In this document: piece by piece, positions 55,337-64,000 of the stretch
How positions within the stretch are numbered: the stretch's first letter is position 1
Layout: every line of letters starts with the position of its first letter
Origin: Lachnospiraceae bacterium
GTDB taxonomy: Bacteria; Bacillota; Clostridia; Lachnospirales; Lachnospiraceae
DNA: 64,000 nt
Assembly: GCA_045117595.1 (NCBI GenBank)
Contig: JBGUNV010000002.1
Span: 2,659-66,658, forward strand
Direction: 5' to 3'
Position numbers and translations under genes: made by a program
The notes under the pieces: generated by a model
The model's database searches: none
Told to the model about the DNA's origin: nothing
What the model saw: only the letters and a program-made list of their open reading frames with translations

Positions 55337-55927
55337 ATGGTTATCAAGAGTGTAGATCTGGAAATTGTATGCGGGGTCACGAGCAAGCTGCCTGAGACAG
55401 CGCTCTGCGAGGTCGCATTTGCAGGTAAGTCCAATGTTGGTAAATCATCGCTGATCAATGCCCTGATGAACCGCAAGAGCTATGCGAGAACGAGCCAGCA
55501 GCCGGGTAAGACGCAGACTATAAATTTTTACAATATAAATAAGGAGATATACTTTGTCGATCTTCCCGGATACGGGTATGCCAAAGCGTCAAAGACCGAG
55601 GTTGAAAAGTGGGGAAAGATGATAGAACGCTATCTGAAGACCTCAAAGCAGCTTAGGTGTGTTTTTCTCCTTATTGATATAAGGCATGAGCCCGGCTCGA
55701 ATGACCGGATGATGTACGACTGGATCGTATCAAACGGATTTACGCCGGTTATCATAGCTACCAAGCTTGACAAGATAAAAAGAAGCCAGATCGATAAACA
55801 GATAAAGCTTATACGCACGACACTCGGGGCGTCGGGTGTTGCGATAATACCTTTTTCCGCTGTAAGTAAGCAGGGAAGGGAGGAAATATATGAGATCATC
55901 GACAAAATACTTGAAGATACTGTTTAA
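55337..55927 (+). CDS. engB: Ribosome biogenesis GTP-binding protein EngB/YsxC
   Basis: G1 motif GKSNVGKSSLINAL, G3 motif DLPGYG, G4 motif TKLDK. It follows lon, as in Bacillus. Confidence 0.9.
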   Translation: MVIKSVDLEIVCGVTSKLPETALCEVAFAGKSNVGKSSLINALMNRKSYARTSQQPGKTQTINFYNINKEIYFVDLPGYGYAKASKTEVEKWGKMIERYLKTSKQLRCVFLLIDIRHEPGSNDRMMYDWIVSNGFTPVIIATKLDKIKRSQIDKQIKLIRTTLGASGVAIIPFSAVSKQGREEIYEIIDKILEDTV

Positions 55928-57089
55928 TTATCTGTTCGCGATCATACTCGTTGTATTCCTTGTGGTCGTACTTCCCAGGGCACTGGCGTATTTCTGGCCG
56001 TTTGTCGTTGCGGCGATCATCGCAGCCATAGCAAATCCGCTCGTAAGATTTCTCGAGAAGAAAATGAACATAAAGCGAAAAGCCGGATCCGTTGTGGTTG
56101 TCGTCCTGACGCTTGTCGTTGTCGGAGCGGCCTTTTATGGAGTTGTCTATGTGCTCGTTACCCAGGTTGTCGGGTTCATTACGAGTGCACCCAACATGTG
56201 GGCAAAGGTCAGCAATGCGATACAGAGCATGACGGATGAGGTCAGTTACAGGTTTGCGCTTCTTCCGAAGGGTACGAAGGATTTCTTCAGGAATCTGGGT
56301 GAGAATATATATGATACGCTTTCGGATATGGGATCCGCGATGGGAGAAAGAGCAGCCGAGTCAGCCGGAAACAGTGTCAAAAACGCGCCGAACGTGCTTG
56401 TCGGGATCGTGATGTGCATTCTTGCAAGTTACCTGTTTGTAGCGGAACGCGATAAGATCGGAAAATATTTTACGGCACTTATCCCGAAGCATATCAGGGA
56501 ACGTTATTATATCGTTGCAGAAACCATGAAGTCGGCAGTTGGCGGATATTTCAAAGCCCAGTTCAAGATCATGGGATTTGTATATATAGTCCTGTTTATC
56601 GGATTTCTGGTGCTGCGCATAGATTATGCATTTCTTATAGCGCTACTGATCGCATTCCTTGATTTTCTCCCGTTCTTCGGAACAGGGGCCGTGATGTGGC
56701 CGTGGGCTCTGTATGCATTTGTTCAGAAGGATTACAAGTTTGCGGTAGGGATGATGATAGTATGGGGACTCTCACAGCTTGTGAGACAGCTTATCCAACC
56801 GAAGCTTGTCGGGGATTCGATAGGAATGCCGGCTATACCGACGCTCCTGCTTCTGTATGTCGGATTTCGCGTAAAGGGCGCTCTGGGGCTGATTCTTGCG
56901 GTACCGGTCGGTATGATCGTTTACAATCTGTACCGGGCGGGGCTTTTTTCAAACTTTATCTACAGTACGAGAATGCTTCTTGATGATTTCAGGAAGATGA
57001 GGATATTTACGCCGGAGGAGCTTTCGGCCGAGGGTATCGAAGAGACCAAGACCGGGAGAAGTAACCCCAAAAACAAAGATGGAGCGTGA
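55890..57089 (+). CDS. AI-2E family transporter / YtvI-like membrane protein
   Basis: 399 aa with about 8 TM helices. FLDFLPFFGTGAVMWPWA is typical of the PerM/AI-2E family. Confidence 0.7.
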   Translation: MRSSTKYLKILFNYLFAIILVVFLVVVLPRALAYFWPFVVAAIIAAIANPLVRFLEKKMNIKRKAGSVVVVVLTLVVVGAAFYGVVYVLVTQVVGFITSAPNMWAKVSNAIQSMTDEVSYRFALLPKGTKDFFRNLGENIYDTLSDMGSAMGERAAESAGNSVKNAPNVLVGIVMCILASYLFVAERDKIGKYFTALIPKHIRERYYIVAETMKSAVGGYFKAQFKIMGFVYIVLFIGFLVLRIDYAFLIALLIAFLDFLPFFGTGAVMWPWALYAFVQKDYKFAVGMMIVWGLSQLVRQLIQPKLVGDSIGMPAIPTLLLLYVGFRVKGALGLILAVPVGMIVYNLYRAGLFSNFIYSTRMLLDDFRKMRIFTPEELSAEGIEETKTGRSNPKNKDGA

Positions 57090-58261
57090 TTTTTATGATC
57101 AGACTTCTTGCAAGGATATTTATCAAAAATCATAAGAACACGGAGGATGCTGCCGTCAGACACTCGTATGGCGTTTTAAGCGGTGCGGTCGGCATCTTTT
57201 TTAACATATGTCTGTTCGCAGTAAAGTTTTTTGCCGGTATGATATCGGGAAGCGTTGCGATCACTGCAGATGCTTTCAATAACCTGAGCGATGCGGGTTC
57301 GTCGGTCGTGACCATGGTCGGATTCAAGATGGCAGGCCAGAAGCCTGATCCCGAGCACCCGTTCGGACACGGAAGGATAGAGTATGTAACGGGTCTGGTC
57401 GTTTCCATGATCATAATCCTGATGGGTGTTGAACTTCTCAAATCATCATATGATAAGATACGTCACCCCGAACTCCCTGTGCTGACGCCACTCGTGGCGG
57501 GCATACTGATCATATCGATCGTCGTAAAGCTCTATATGTATCATTATAATACGTCTCTGGGTGAAAAGTTCGCATCATCGGCCATGAAGGCCACGGCAAT
57601 GGATTCATTTACGGATTCCGTAGCGACACTGACCGTTCTGGCATGTTCTCTGATCGGTTATTATACGGGGTTATGCATAGACGGATGGTGTGGTCTTGCC
57701 GTGTCGTTCTTTGTGCTGTATGCCGGCATATCATCCGCCAAGGACACCATAGATCCGCTCCTTGGCAGCAAGCCGTCCCGGGAATATGTCAAGGCCATTG
57801 AGAAGTTCGTGATGTCATATGATGAAGTTATAGGCATACATGATCTGGTAGTACATGATTACGGTCCGGGCAGGGTGATGATATCGCTTCATGCAGAGGT
57901 AAGTGCCGATCGTAATATCCTTGATGTTCATGATACGATCGACAATATTGAGCGCCGCATCAACGAGACCCTCGGCTGCCAGTGCGTGATCCATATGGAT
58001 CCCGTTGTTACCGGGGATGAGATGACCAACAGGATGAAGCGACTTGCCGAACTTATTGCCAAGAGCGTTGACGAGAGATTTACGATACATGATTTTCGCA
58101 TGGTCAAGGGACCGTCACATACAAATCTGATATTCGATGTGGTAGCGCCGTTTGACTGCCGCCTGTCGGAAGAAGAGATAAAAAACACGATAAAAAGTAA
58201 GGTCGAAAGTCTGCCCGGCAATCACTATGCGGTCATCGAAGTCGACCGCCCTTATGTATAA
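57086..58261 (+). CDS. Cation diffusion facilitator family transporter
   Basis: Six TM helices, metal-site motifs AITADAFNNLSD and MDSFTD, and a C-terminal cytoplasmic domain with HDL.VH. Confidence 0.85.
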   Translation: MIFMIRLLARIFIKNHKNTEDAAVRHSYGVLSGAVGIFFNICLFAVKFFAGMISGSVAITADAFNNLSDAGSSVVTMVGFKMAGQKPDPEHPFGHGRIEYVTGLVVSMIIILMGVELLKSSYDKIRHPELPVLTPLVAGILIISIVVKLYMYHYNTSLGEKFASSAMKATAMDSFTDSVATLTVLACSLIGYYTGLCIDGWCGLAVSFFVLYAGISSAKDTIDPLLGSKPSREYVKAIEKFVMSYDEVIGIHDLVVHDYGPGRVMISLHAEVSADRNILDVHDTIDNIERRINETLGCQCVIHMDPVVTGDEMTNRMKRLAELIAKSVDERFTIHDFRMVKGPSHTNLIFDVVAPFDCRLSEEEIKNTIKSKVESLPGNHYAVIEVDRPYV

Positions 58262-58301
58262 TGCAGACAGAAGGGGCCCACGAAGTGGGAAGAGAATTAA
58301 T

Positions 58302-59795
58302 ATGGATAAAACAAGAAAAAGCGGAGTTCTGATGCCCGTGGCATCACTTTCGGGGAAATACGGTATCGGTACTTTCGGAAAGGAAAGCTATGACTTTGTG
58401 GATATGCTTGCCGAGGCAGGACAGAGTTACTGGCAGATACTTCCGCTTGTGCCTACAAGCTACGGAGACAGTCCGTACCAGTCGTTTTCGACATTTGCCG
58501 GGAACCCGTATTTCATCGATCCGGAGATATTAATAGAGAAAGGCCTTCTGACCCGAAAGGAAGCGGATTCGTATGACTTCGGGAAAAAGGCGGATGAGAT
58601 TGATTACTGTAAGTTATATAACGCCCGTTTCAAAATGCTGAAAAAGGCGTACAAACGGTTTGATGCCAAAAATGACAAAGGTTATGAAAAGTTCTGCAGA
58701 ACGAACAGGTTTTGGCTTGACGATTACGCCCTTTATATGGCTGTCAAGAATTCGTTTGGCGCGAAGAGTTATATTGAATGGGATGAGCCTGTAAGGAAGC
58801 GTGAAAAAGAAGTACTTGAAGCATATAGGAATAAGTATGCCGATGAGATCGCATTTTACATGTTCCTGCAGTATGAATTCACGGTTCAGTGGAAAGCACT
58901 CAAGAAATATGCCAATAAGTCGGGCATTAAGATAATAGGTGATATTCCGATATATGTCGCATTTGACAGTGCGGATACATGGGCTAATCCGGAACTTTTC
59001 CGGCTCGATGAGGATGGATTTCCGACGGCTGTGGCAGGCTGCCCGCCCGATGCATTTTCAAAGACCGGCCAGTTGTGGGGCAATCCGCTGTATGACTGGG
59101 AATATCATGCCAGGACCGGATATAAATGGTGGATACGCCGTATAAAATATTGTTTCGAGCTCTATGATGTATTGAGAGTTGATCATTTCAGAGGGTTTGA
59201 CGAGTATTATGCGATCCCGTACAGGGATAAGACCGCGGAATTCGGCAAATGGGAAAAGGGCCCGGGCTATAACCTGTTTAAGGCTGTAAAGGCAAAACTC
59301 GGTGATGTGGATATGATAGCCGAGGACCTCGGATATATAACAGATTCCGTCAGGAGGCTTGTTAAAAGATGCGGCGCTCCCGGAATGAAAGTGCTGCAGT
59401 TCGCGTTTGATTCGAGAGAAGACTCCGATTATCTGCCTCATAATTATGACAGGAACTCGGTCGTATATACAGGCACACATGACAACGATACACTTGTCGG
59501 ATGGTTTGGCGTCATGAAGGCGGCAGATCGCAGGATGGCCCTTAAGTACATGAACAGGAATGGCTTTGAATCTGACCGCGATCTTGCATATTCATTCATA
59601 AAGCTTGCCATGAGCTCGGTATCGGATCTGTGCATCATTCCGATGCAGGACTGGCTCAGCCTTGATGGCAGGGCACGTATTAACACACCTTCAACACTTG
59701 GAGGAAACTGGGTGTGGAGGATGAAAAAGGGAGCATTTACCCCCAGAACGGCAAAGCAGATGTGCGAGATAACAAAACTGTACGCCAGACTGTGA
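58302..59795 (+). CDS. malQ: 4-alpha-glucanotransferase (amylomaltase, GH77)
   Basis: SGVLMPVASL..YGIGTFG, SPYQS, RVDHFRGF and YTGTHDNDT. The start is set at ATG 58302. Confidence 0.9.
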   Translation: MDKTRKSGVLMPVASLSGKYGIGTFGKESYDFVDMLAEAGQSYWQILPLVPTSYGDSPYQSFSTFAGNPYFIDPEILIEKGLLTRKEADSYDFGKKADEIDYCKLYNARFKMLKKAYKRFDAKNDKGYEKFCRTNRFWLDDYALYMAVKNSFGAKSYIEWDEPVRKREKEVLEAYRNKYADEIAFYMFLQYEFTVQWKALKKYANKSGIKIIGDIPIYVAFDSADTWANPELFRLDEDGFPTAVAGCPPDAFSKTGQLWGNPLYDWEYHARTGYKWWIRRIKYCFELYDVLRVDHFRGFDEYYAIPYRDKTAEFGKWEKGPGYNLFKAVKAKLGDVDMIAEDLGYITDSVRRLVKRCGAPGMKVLQFAFDSREDSDYLPHNYDRNSVVYTGTHDNDTLVGWFGVMKAADRRMALKYMNRNGFESDRDLAYSFIKLAMSSVSDLCIIPMQDWLSLDGRARINTPSTLGGNWVWRMKKGAFTPRTAKQMCEITKLYARL

Positions 59796-59800
59796 ACCCC

Positions 59801-59864
59801 CGGGACGGGGTTAGTGGTCCATTTGGTGGATGGATCCCCGGGACGGGGTTTATGGTACATCTGG
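59801..59864 (+). repeat. 24-nt element CGGGACGGGGTTAGTGGTCCATTT (copy 2) plus an adjacent degenerate copy
   Basis: 59801-59824 is identical to 6801-6824. 59839-59862 matches at 20 of 24 positions (CGGGACGGGGTTTATGGTACATCT). The element lies between the malQ stop and the argC start. Confidence 0.8.
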
Positions 59865-59910
59865 TACAAAAACCGCGCCGGAACCGGCAGATATACGGGA
59901 GATACGGATA

Positions 59911-60864
59911 ATGAGTAAAAAAGTTAAAGTATTTATAGACGGAAGCGAGGGTACGACAGGACTTCGCATAAATGAGAGATTCGAGAAGCGTGATGATATA
60001 GAGGTGCTTCGTATAGACAGTGATCTGCGTAAGGATCCCGCTGAGCGAAAAAGGCTCATAAATGAGTCGGATTATACGTTTCTGTGCCTGCCTGATGCGG
60101 CAGCGATCGAAGCGGCAGAGCTGTGTGACGATCCGGATACGGTAATAATCGATGCTTCTACCGCCCACAGGGTGAACAGTGAGTGGGCATACGGACTGCC
60201 CGAACTGTCCGCTGAGCATTTTGAGAAGATAAAAAGGTCAAAACGTATAGCGGTGCCCGGCTGTTATGCGTCGGGATTTATAATGATGGCATATCCGCTC
60301 GTGCATGAAGGGATACTTGGTGATGACTATCCGTTTACCGTTCCTGCACTTTCGGGATATTCAGGGGCCGGCAAGAAGGCGATCGCGCTGTATGAGGCTG
60401 ACGATAAGAGCGGGGATCTGTTCGCTCCGCGTGAATATGCCCTTACCCAGATGCATAAGCATCTTCCGGAGATGAAGGTGATAACGCACCTTAAGAACGA
60501 GCCGATATTCATGCCGGTCGTTGATGATTATTACTGCGGGATGATCGTGAATCTCCCGATACATGCCAATCTTATGAAAAAGAGGCTGACACCCATAGAG
60601 GTTCATGCTTTTTTGAGCGATTATTACAGTGGTCAGACATTTATCCGTGTGTGCGAATATGGCTCGGAAAGTGAAATGAACGGATTTCTGGCGGCAAACA
60701 GCATGGCGGGCGTAGATTATGCGAACATATACATTACCGGAAACGATGACCGTATAATGGTCATGGCAACATTTGACAATCTCGGTAAAGGTGCAAGCGG
60801 GGCAGCGATCGAATGCCTTAACATATCAATGGGAATTGATCCTGCTACCGGACTTGTTGTCTAG
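59911..60864 (+). CDS. argC: N-acetyl-gamma-glutamyl-phosphate reductase
   Basis: VKVFIDGSEGTTG NAD-binding start and the catalytic Cys in VPGCYASG. The start is set at ATG 59911. Confidence 0.9.
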   Translation: MSKKVKVFIDGSEGTTGLRINERFEKRDDIEVLRIDSDLRKDPAERKRLINESDYTFLCLPDAAAIEAAELCDDPDTVIIDASTAHRVNSEWAYGLPELSAEHFEKIKRSKRIAVPGCYASGFIMMAYPLVHEGILGDDYPFTVPALSGYSGAGKKAIALYEADDKSGDLFAPREYALTQMHKHLPEMKVITHLKNEPIFMPVVDDYYCGMIVNLPIHANLMKKRLTPIEVHAFLSDYYSGQTFIRVCEYGSESEMNGFLAANSMAGVDYANIYITGNDDRIMVMATFDNLGKGASGAAIECLNISMGIDPATGLVV

Positions 60865-61312
60865 AAAGATAGGCATTGCGGTATTCCTCCCGGTCTGTGA
60901 CATCCTCATCAAACCAGTCCGGAGGCGTAAAACCATCAGCCACATCTGTTGAATCAAATTCAACTTCGGCAATGATAAGCGGATCAAAGGGCTCGGCAAA
61001 TACGTCGAGCTCTATTGTATGTTCGCCGAAGGGGATCAGATAACGTTTTTTACGGATAAGATTCCCGTCCGCCTTGTCTTTTAACGTTTCATAGGCCTCA
61101 GCGGTCAGCGGCAGGTTATACTCTTCATGGGACAGTGAAGTGTTGTCGCCGCCGACTCCTTTATAGGTCATGTAGTATCTGTCGTCTTCGCGGCGGATCC
61201 TTATCACCGGTTCTGTTGTAAGGTACGCCTGTTCTATGATGTGACAGTCATAACCGTCAAGTCCGTCCGGCAGATGCTTTATCGTAAATTTTCTTTCTAT
61301 TTCTCTTCCCAT
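60845..61312 (-). CDS. CYTH domain protein (CyaB-like/triphosphatase family)
   Basis: Starts MGREIERKFTI, the EXEXK hallmark. About 155 aa. The 3' end overlaps argC by 20 nt. Confidence 0.8.
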   Translation of the reverse strand: MGREIERKFTIKHLPDGLDGYDCHIIEQAYLTTEPVIRIRREDDRYYMTYKGVGGDNTSLSHEEYNLPLTAEAYETLKDKADGNLIRKKRYLIPFGEHTIELDVFAEPFDPLIIAEVEFDSTDVADGFTPPDWFDEDVTDREEYRNAYLSRQQVR

Positions 61313-61486
61313 GTGCCTTGCTCCTCTGTAACAGCCTGAACACGATCTGTTTTGAATCAATATCATATACTATGAATTTACACCACATAGATGGGCGCGG
61401 CAAGAAAAAGATGGTGCTGAAATGCCGGAAGGGTATATGTTATAATGCCATGTAGGAAATGAACTGTACGGACAGGAGGTGCAAAA

Positions 61487-62038
61487 ATGGTTAATGTATA
61501 TTTGGCTGACGGATTTGAGGAGATAGAGGCGTTAACGCCTGTTGATCTGCTAAGGCGAGCCGGTGTAAAGGTGCAGACGGTTTCGATATATCCCGACAGG
61601 AAGAATGTTACGGGTGCACGTAATATAGAGGTTGTTGCTGATACTACGATCGGTAAGGAAGGTGATAGCGCCGATATAATCGTTCTGCCGGGAGGAATGC
61701 CGGGTACCGTTAACCTGCTTGAATGCAAGGCTCTTATGGATATAGTTGACAGACAGAATGAAAAGGGAGCACGTATCGCAGCAATATGTGCTGCTCCGGC
61801 GAGAATACTCGGAAGCCGCGGGCTTCTGAAGGGGAAAAATGCTACATGTTATCCCGGGCTGGAGGAGATGCTGGAAGGAGCAACACCTGTTATAAAACCG
61901 GTCGTTACCGATGGGAACATAACGACTTCCAGAGGCCTGGGAACCGCTGTGGACTTTGCCTGCGAGCTCATAACGCTTATATGCGGCAAGGAAAAATCCG
62001 ACGAAATAAGATCCTCGGTAGTAGCAGACCTAAACTAG
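61487..62038 (+). CDS. DJ-1/PfpI/ThiJ family protein
   Basis: 183 aa with a nucleophile elbow AAICAAP and LPGGMPG. Confidence 0.85.
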   Translation: MVNVYLADGFEEIEALTPVDLLRRAGVKVQTVSIYPDRKNVTGARNIEVVADTTIGKEGDSADIIVLPGGMPGTVNLLECKALMDIVDRQNEKGARIAAICAAPARILGSRGLLKGKNATCYPGLEEMLEGATPVIKPVVTDGNITTSRGLGTAVDFACELITLICGKEKSDEIRSSVVADLN

Positions 62039-62039
62039 C

Positions 62040-62077
62040 AATATTCATAAATATAACATCTGATATTTATGAATATT
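62040..62077. repeat. Perfect 15-bp inverted repeat AATATTCATAAATAT-N8-ATATTTATGAATATT
   Basis: Read directly from the sequence. It starts 2 nt after the DJ-1 family gene stop. Confidence 0.9.
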
Positions 62078-62092
62078 TCAGATATTGCGTGA

Positions 62093-62136
62093 GAAAATCT
62101 TGTATGATATCATCCGTCATACAAGATTTTCTGTTT
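62093..62136 (+). terminator. Strong hairpin, probable terminator
   Basis: Perfect 15-bp stem GAAAATCTTGTATGA / TCATACAAGATTTTC with a 9-nt loop, followed by TGTTTG, which is a weak U-tract. Confidence 0.6.
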
Positions 62137-62206
62137 GCGCATCTTTGCGAATGGACGCATCGCAATGATCCCAGATCAATAAATTTAACAGCAGTTGGAG
62201 TTGCCC

Positions 62207-64000
62207 ATGGGCGTTTTGTACGTTTCCGGAGAGGGTACGGCTTATAGTATCGGCAGAGACCCCGGGAATGATATGGTCCTTGATGGTACCTTTGTATCGA
62301 GGAGACATCTGAGACTTCTGTTTGTCACGGAAGATGTGGCAATAGCGGAAGTTCTCGGTATGAACGGGGCCGTTATCGGAGGAAGACAAGTGAATAAAGG
62401 GGACAGGTGCTTAACCGGAGCGGGAGAGCGGATCAGGATAGGCTCCTATGACATAGTCTGGACCGGTAAGCCGCTACGAAAATCTGCACGTTTCATACGA
62501 ACGCACAATGAATACGACATTCCGGGGACAGAGGCCGTAGAGATCGAAGGCCCTCCTGCAAGAAGGATACCGGAAAAACCGTCGGTCATGCTGGCGGCAG
62601 GTCCGGCACTTACAATGGCTGTCCCGATACTGCTTGGAGCGGGGAGGACAATAGCGATATTATCGTCGGTCTTTGCGGCTGCCTGGGCGGCATTTAATGT
62701 TATCGCCAGAATCAGGAGACAGAGATCCGAGGAAAGGAGGAGACGCAATGCTTATATTACATACCTGAGGTCGTGTGAGGATACCATAAGGGTGCGGATC
62801 GAAAAGGTCAGGGAGGCCCTCGCCGGTCTTTATCCTCCTGTCGGAGATTATTTCACAGATACAGGGGATACATGTGTACCCTGGAGCAGATCATGTAAGG
62901 ACAGGACGTTATCAGTGAGGATAGGTATCGGACAGGTCGAAAATCCCGTCAATATCGAGATACCGAAGGAGAGATTTGCGGCTGTGGATGACTCGTTGAA
63001 GGAAATGCCGCAGCTTCTTCGGAAAAAGTACGAAAGCATCCAGGCTGCTCCCGTGATAATGGAACTGACGGGAAAAAGTATTCCGGCTTTTGATGTCTCA
63101 GGTACCCGGGGGTATATGATCCTATCATCGGCGATCCTGCAGCTGGCGGTCACATATTCTCCGGATGAGATGGTGATATCCGTGAAAATGACTGACGAGA
63201 TGAAGCGCGGTTTTATATGGGTCACTTTTTTGCCTCACTATCGTGATCCGGTGGAGCAACTGCCGGAGGATGGCACACTGACCATTCTGGTCACCGACAA
63301 CAAAAACACCGCATATGAATCACTGTCCGAAAATGTCAGAGTTATCCTTGCCATTTCTTCCGGTCATGAGGTTTCGGGAGGAATATTCGATCTGATCAGC
63401 GGGAAGAGGCAGTGTAAATGTGCCAAACCTGACATGATCCCTGATAGACTGTGCGCATCCTATGCCAGAAGCCTGTCGCGAATGTGGGGGATGGGAGGAA
63501 AGAGTGAAGAGATACCTGTGACGGTGTCGTTTGGCGAGTTGCTATCGGGATCATGTTTTGAGGGATCTGTACCCGATCAGGAGAAGGTGGCGGAATGGAT
63601 ATGTGAGAATTACAGGCGTTCTGACATAACGTGCAGGTTTGATGCACCGATAGGCACGGGGGCCGGAGGCAGAAAGGTGTTTCTCGACCTTCATGAGAAG
63701 GCTCACGGACCCCACGGACTTATAGCCGGTACAACGGGGAGCGGTAAGAGTGAACTTCTGACTACGATGATCCTGTCGTTCGCGGTAAGGTTTTCCTCGG
63801 AAAGGCTCGGCTTTTTTCTCATCGATTACAAAGGCGGTGGAATGTCAAACCTTTTCGGCAGGCTTCCGCATCTGCTCGGGAGCATCTCCAACCTGTCCTC
63901 GTCCGAGTCACGAAGAGCGATGATAGCATTAAAGAGCGAGAACATAAGACGACAGGAACTGTTTGCCAGGGTCGGCGTAAACAACATAAATGATTACACG
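62207..64000 (+). CDS. essC: Type VII secretion FtsK/SpoIIIE-family ATPase EssC/YukB-like with N-terminal FHA domain (3' end outside window)
   Basis: My own translation of an open frame that is absent from the ORF track because no stop lies in the window. It reads MGVLYVSGEGTAYSIGRDPGNDMVLDGTFVSRRHLRL (FHA), then two TM helices (SVMLAAGPALTMAVPILLG, AILSSVFAAAWAAFNVI), then HGLIAGTTGSGKSELL (Walker A). Confidence 0.85.
   Translation, partial: MGVLYVSGEGTAYSIGRDPGNDMVLDGTFVSRRHLRLLFVTEDVAIAEVLGMNGAVIGGRQVNKGDRCLTGAGERIRIGSYDIVWTGKPLRKSARFIRTHNEYDIPGTEAVEIEGPPARRIPEKPSVMLAAGPALTMAVPILLGAGRTIAILSSVFAAAWAAFNVIARIRRQRSEERRRRNAYITYLRSCEDTIRVRIEKVREALAGLYPPVGDYFTDTGDTCVPWSRSCKDRTLSVRIGIGQVENPVNIEIPKERFAAVDDSLKEMPQLLRKKYESIQAAPVIMELTGKSIPAFDVSGTRGYMILSSAILQLAVTYSPDEMVISVKMTDEMKRGFIWVTFLPHYRDPVEQLPEDGTLTILVTDNKNTAYESLSENVRVILAISSGHEVSGGIFDLISGKRQCKCAKPDMIPDRLCASYARSLSRMWGMGGKSEEIPVTVSFGELLSGSCFEGSVPDQEKVAEWICENYRRSDITCRFDAPIGTGAGGRKVFLDLHEKAHGPHGLIAGTTGSGKSELLTTMILSFAVRFSSERLGFFLIDYKGGGMSNLFGRLPHLLGSISNLSSSESRRAMIALKSENIRRQELFARVGVNNINDYT

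Noticed and set aside
61786-62247. 153-aa + strand ORF overlapping the 3' half of the DJ-1 family gene in another frame and extending over the hairpins.
   Set aside because: It is out of frame with a well-supported gene, runs through two perfect inverted repeats, and has a Cys/Arg-rich translation without motifs.
62446-63647. Three - strand ORFs (100, 125 and 83 aa) that are the only track entries for 62.2-64 kb.
   Set aside because: They are antisense to a continuous 598-codon + strand frame with FHA and FtsK/SpoIIIE Walker A motifs. That frame was missing from the track only because it has no stop in the window.
1-64000. Search by eye for CRISPR arrays, rRNA genes, IS elements, transposases, integrases and prophage structural genes.
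   Set aside because: I saw no regularly spaced direct repeats, rRNA-like conserved blocks, DDE or tyrosine/serine recombinase motifs, or capsid/tail/terminase-like ORFs. The accessory island has no recognisable mobility gene apart from the PcfJ-like protein.

Overview
The window looks like a chromosomal segment of a spore-forming Firmicute. Gene order suggests Clostridia, possibly Lachnospiraceae-like, but that taxon is my inference from context only. Nearly all genes are on the + strand.

Layout:
1. 1-6.1 kb: envelope glycosylation genes. These are a DUF4956-like protein, two tandem GT-C-like paralogues, tRNA-Val and tRNA-Met, and a third ArnT/PMT-like protein.
2. 6.1-12 kb: the conserved housekeeping block cysE, nadE, ispF-cysS-mrnC-rlmB-sigH.
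3. 12-15.7 kb: a GT10 fucosyltransferase, an acyltransferase-3 on the - strand, tRNA-Thr and a MATE exporter.
4. 15.7-35.8 kb: a corrinoid locus of about 20 kb led by a cobalamin riboswitch. It encodes a lipoprotein CbiK-like chelatase, a BtuFCD-type ABC importer whose ATPase is fused to CobQ, cobT/U/S/C, cbiB, cobD, a cbiC-cbiD fusion, cbiF/G/H, a cbiJ-cbiE fusion, cbiA and a Cys-rich small protein.
5. 35.9-49.6 kb: an accessory island whose first genes are A+T-richer, with no integrase. It holds a tightly packed five-gene operon (TIR protein, HD-RyR protein, channel-like RyR protein, tandem-TIR SEL1/TPR protein, WYL regulator) and then a PcfJ-like plus SpoVK/CbbX-type AAA+ pair. I do not recognise the operon as any named defence system, and it is the main candidate for a new system.
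6. 49.7-62 kb: tig-clpP-clpX-lon-engB, a YtvI-like protein, a CDF transporter, malQ, argC, a CYTH protein on the - strand and a DJ-1/PfpI protein.
7. 62.2 kb to the end: the 5' part of an FHA-FtsK/SpoIIIE EssC-type type VII secretion ATPase. It runs off the window, so it is absent from the ORF track.

I saw no rRNA, CRISPR array, transposase or integrase. All family assignments come from motif recognition by eye, and no searches were run.
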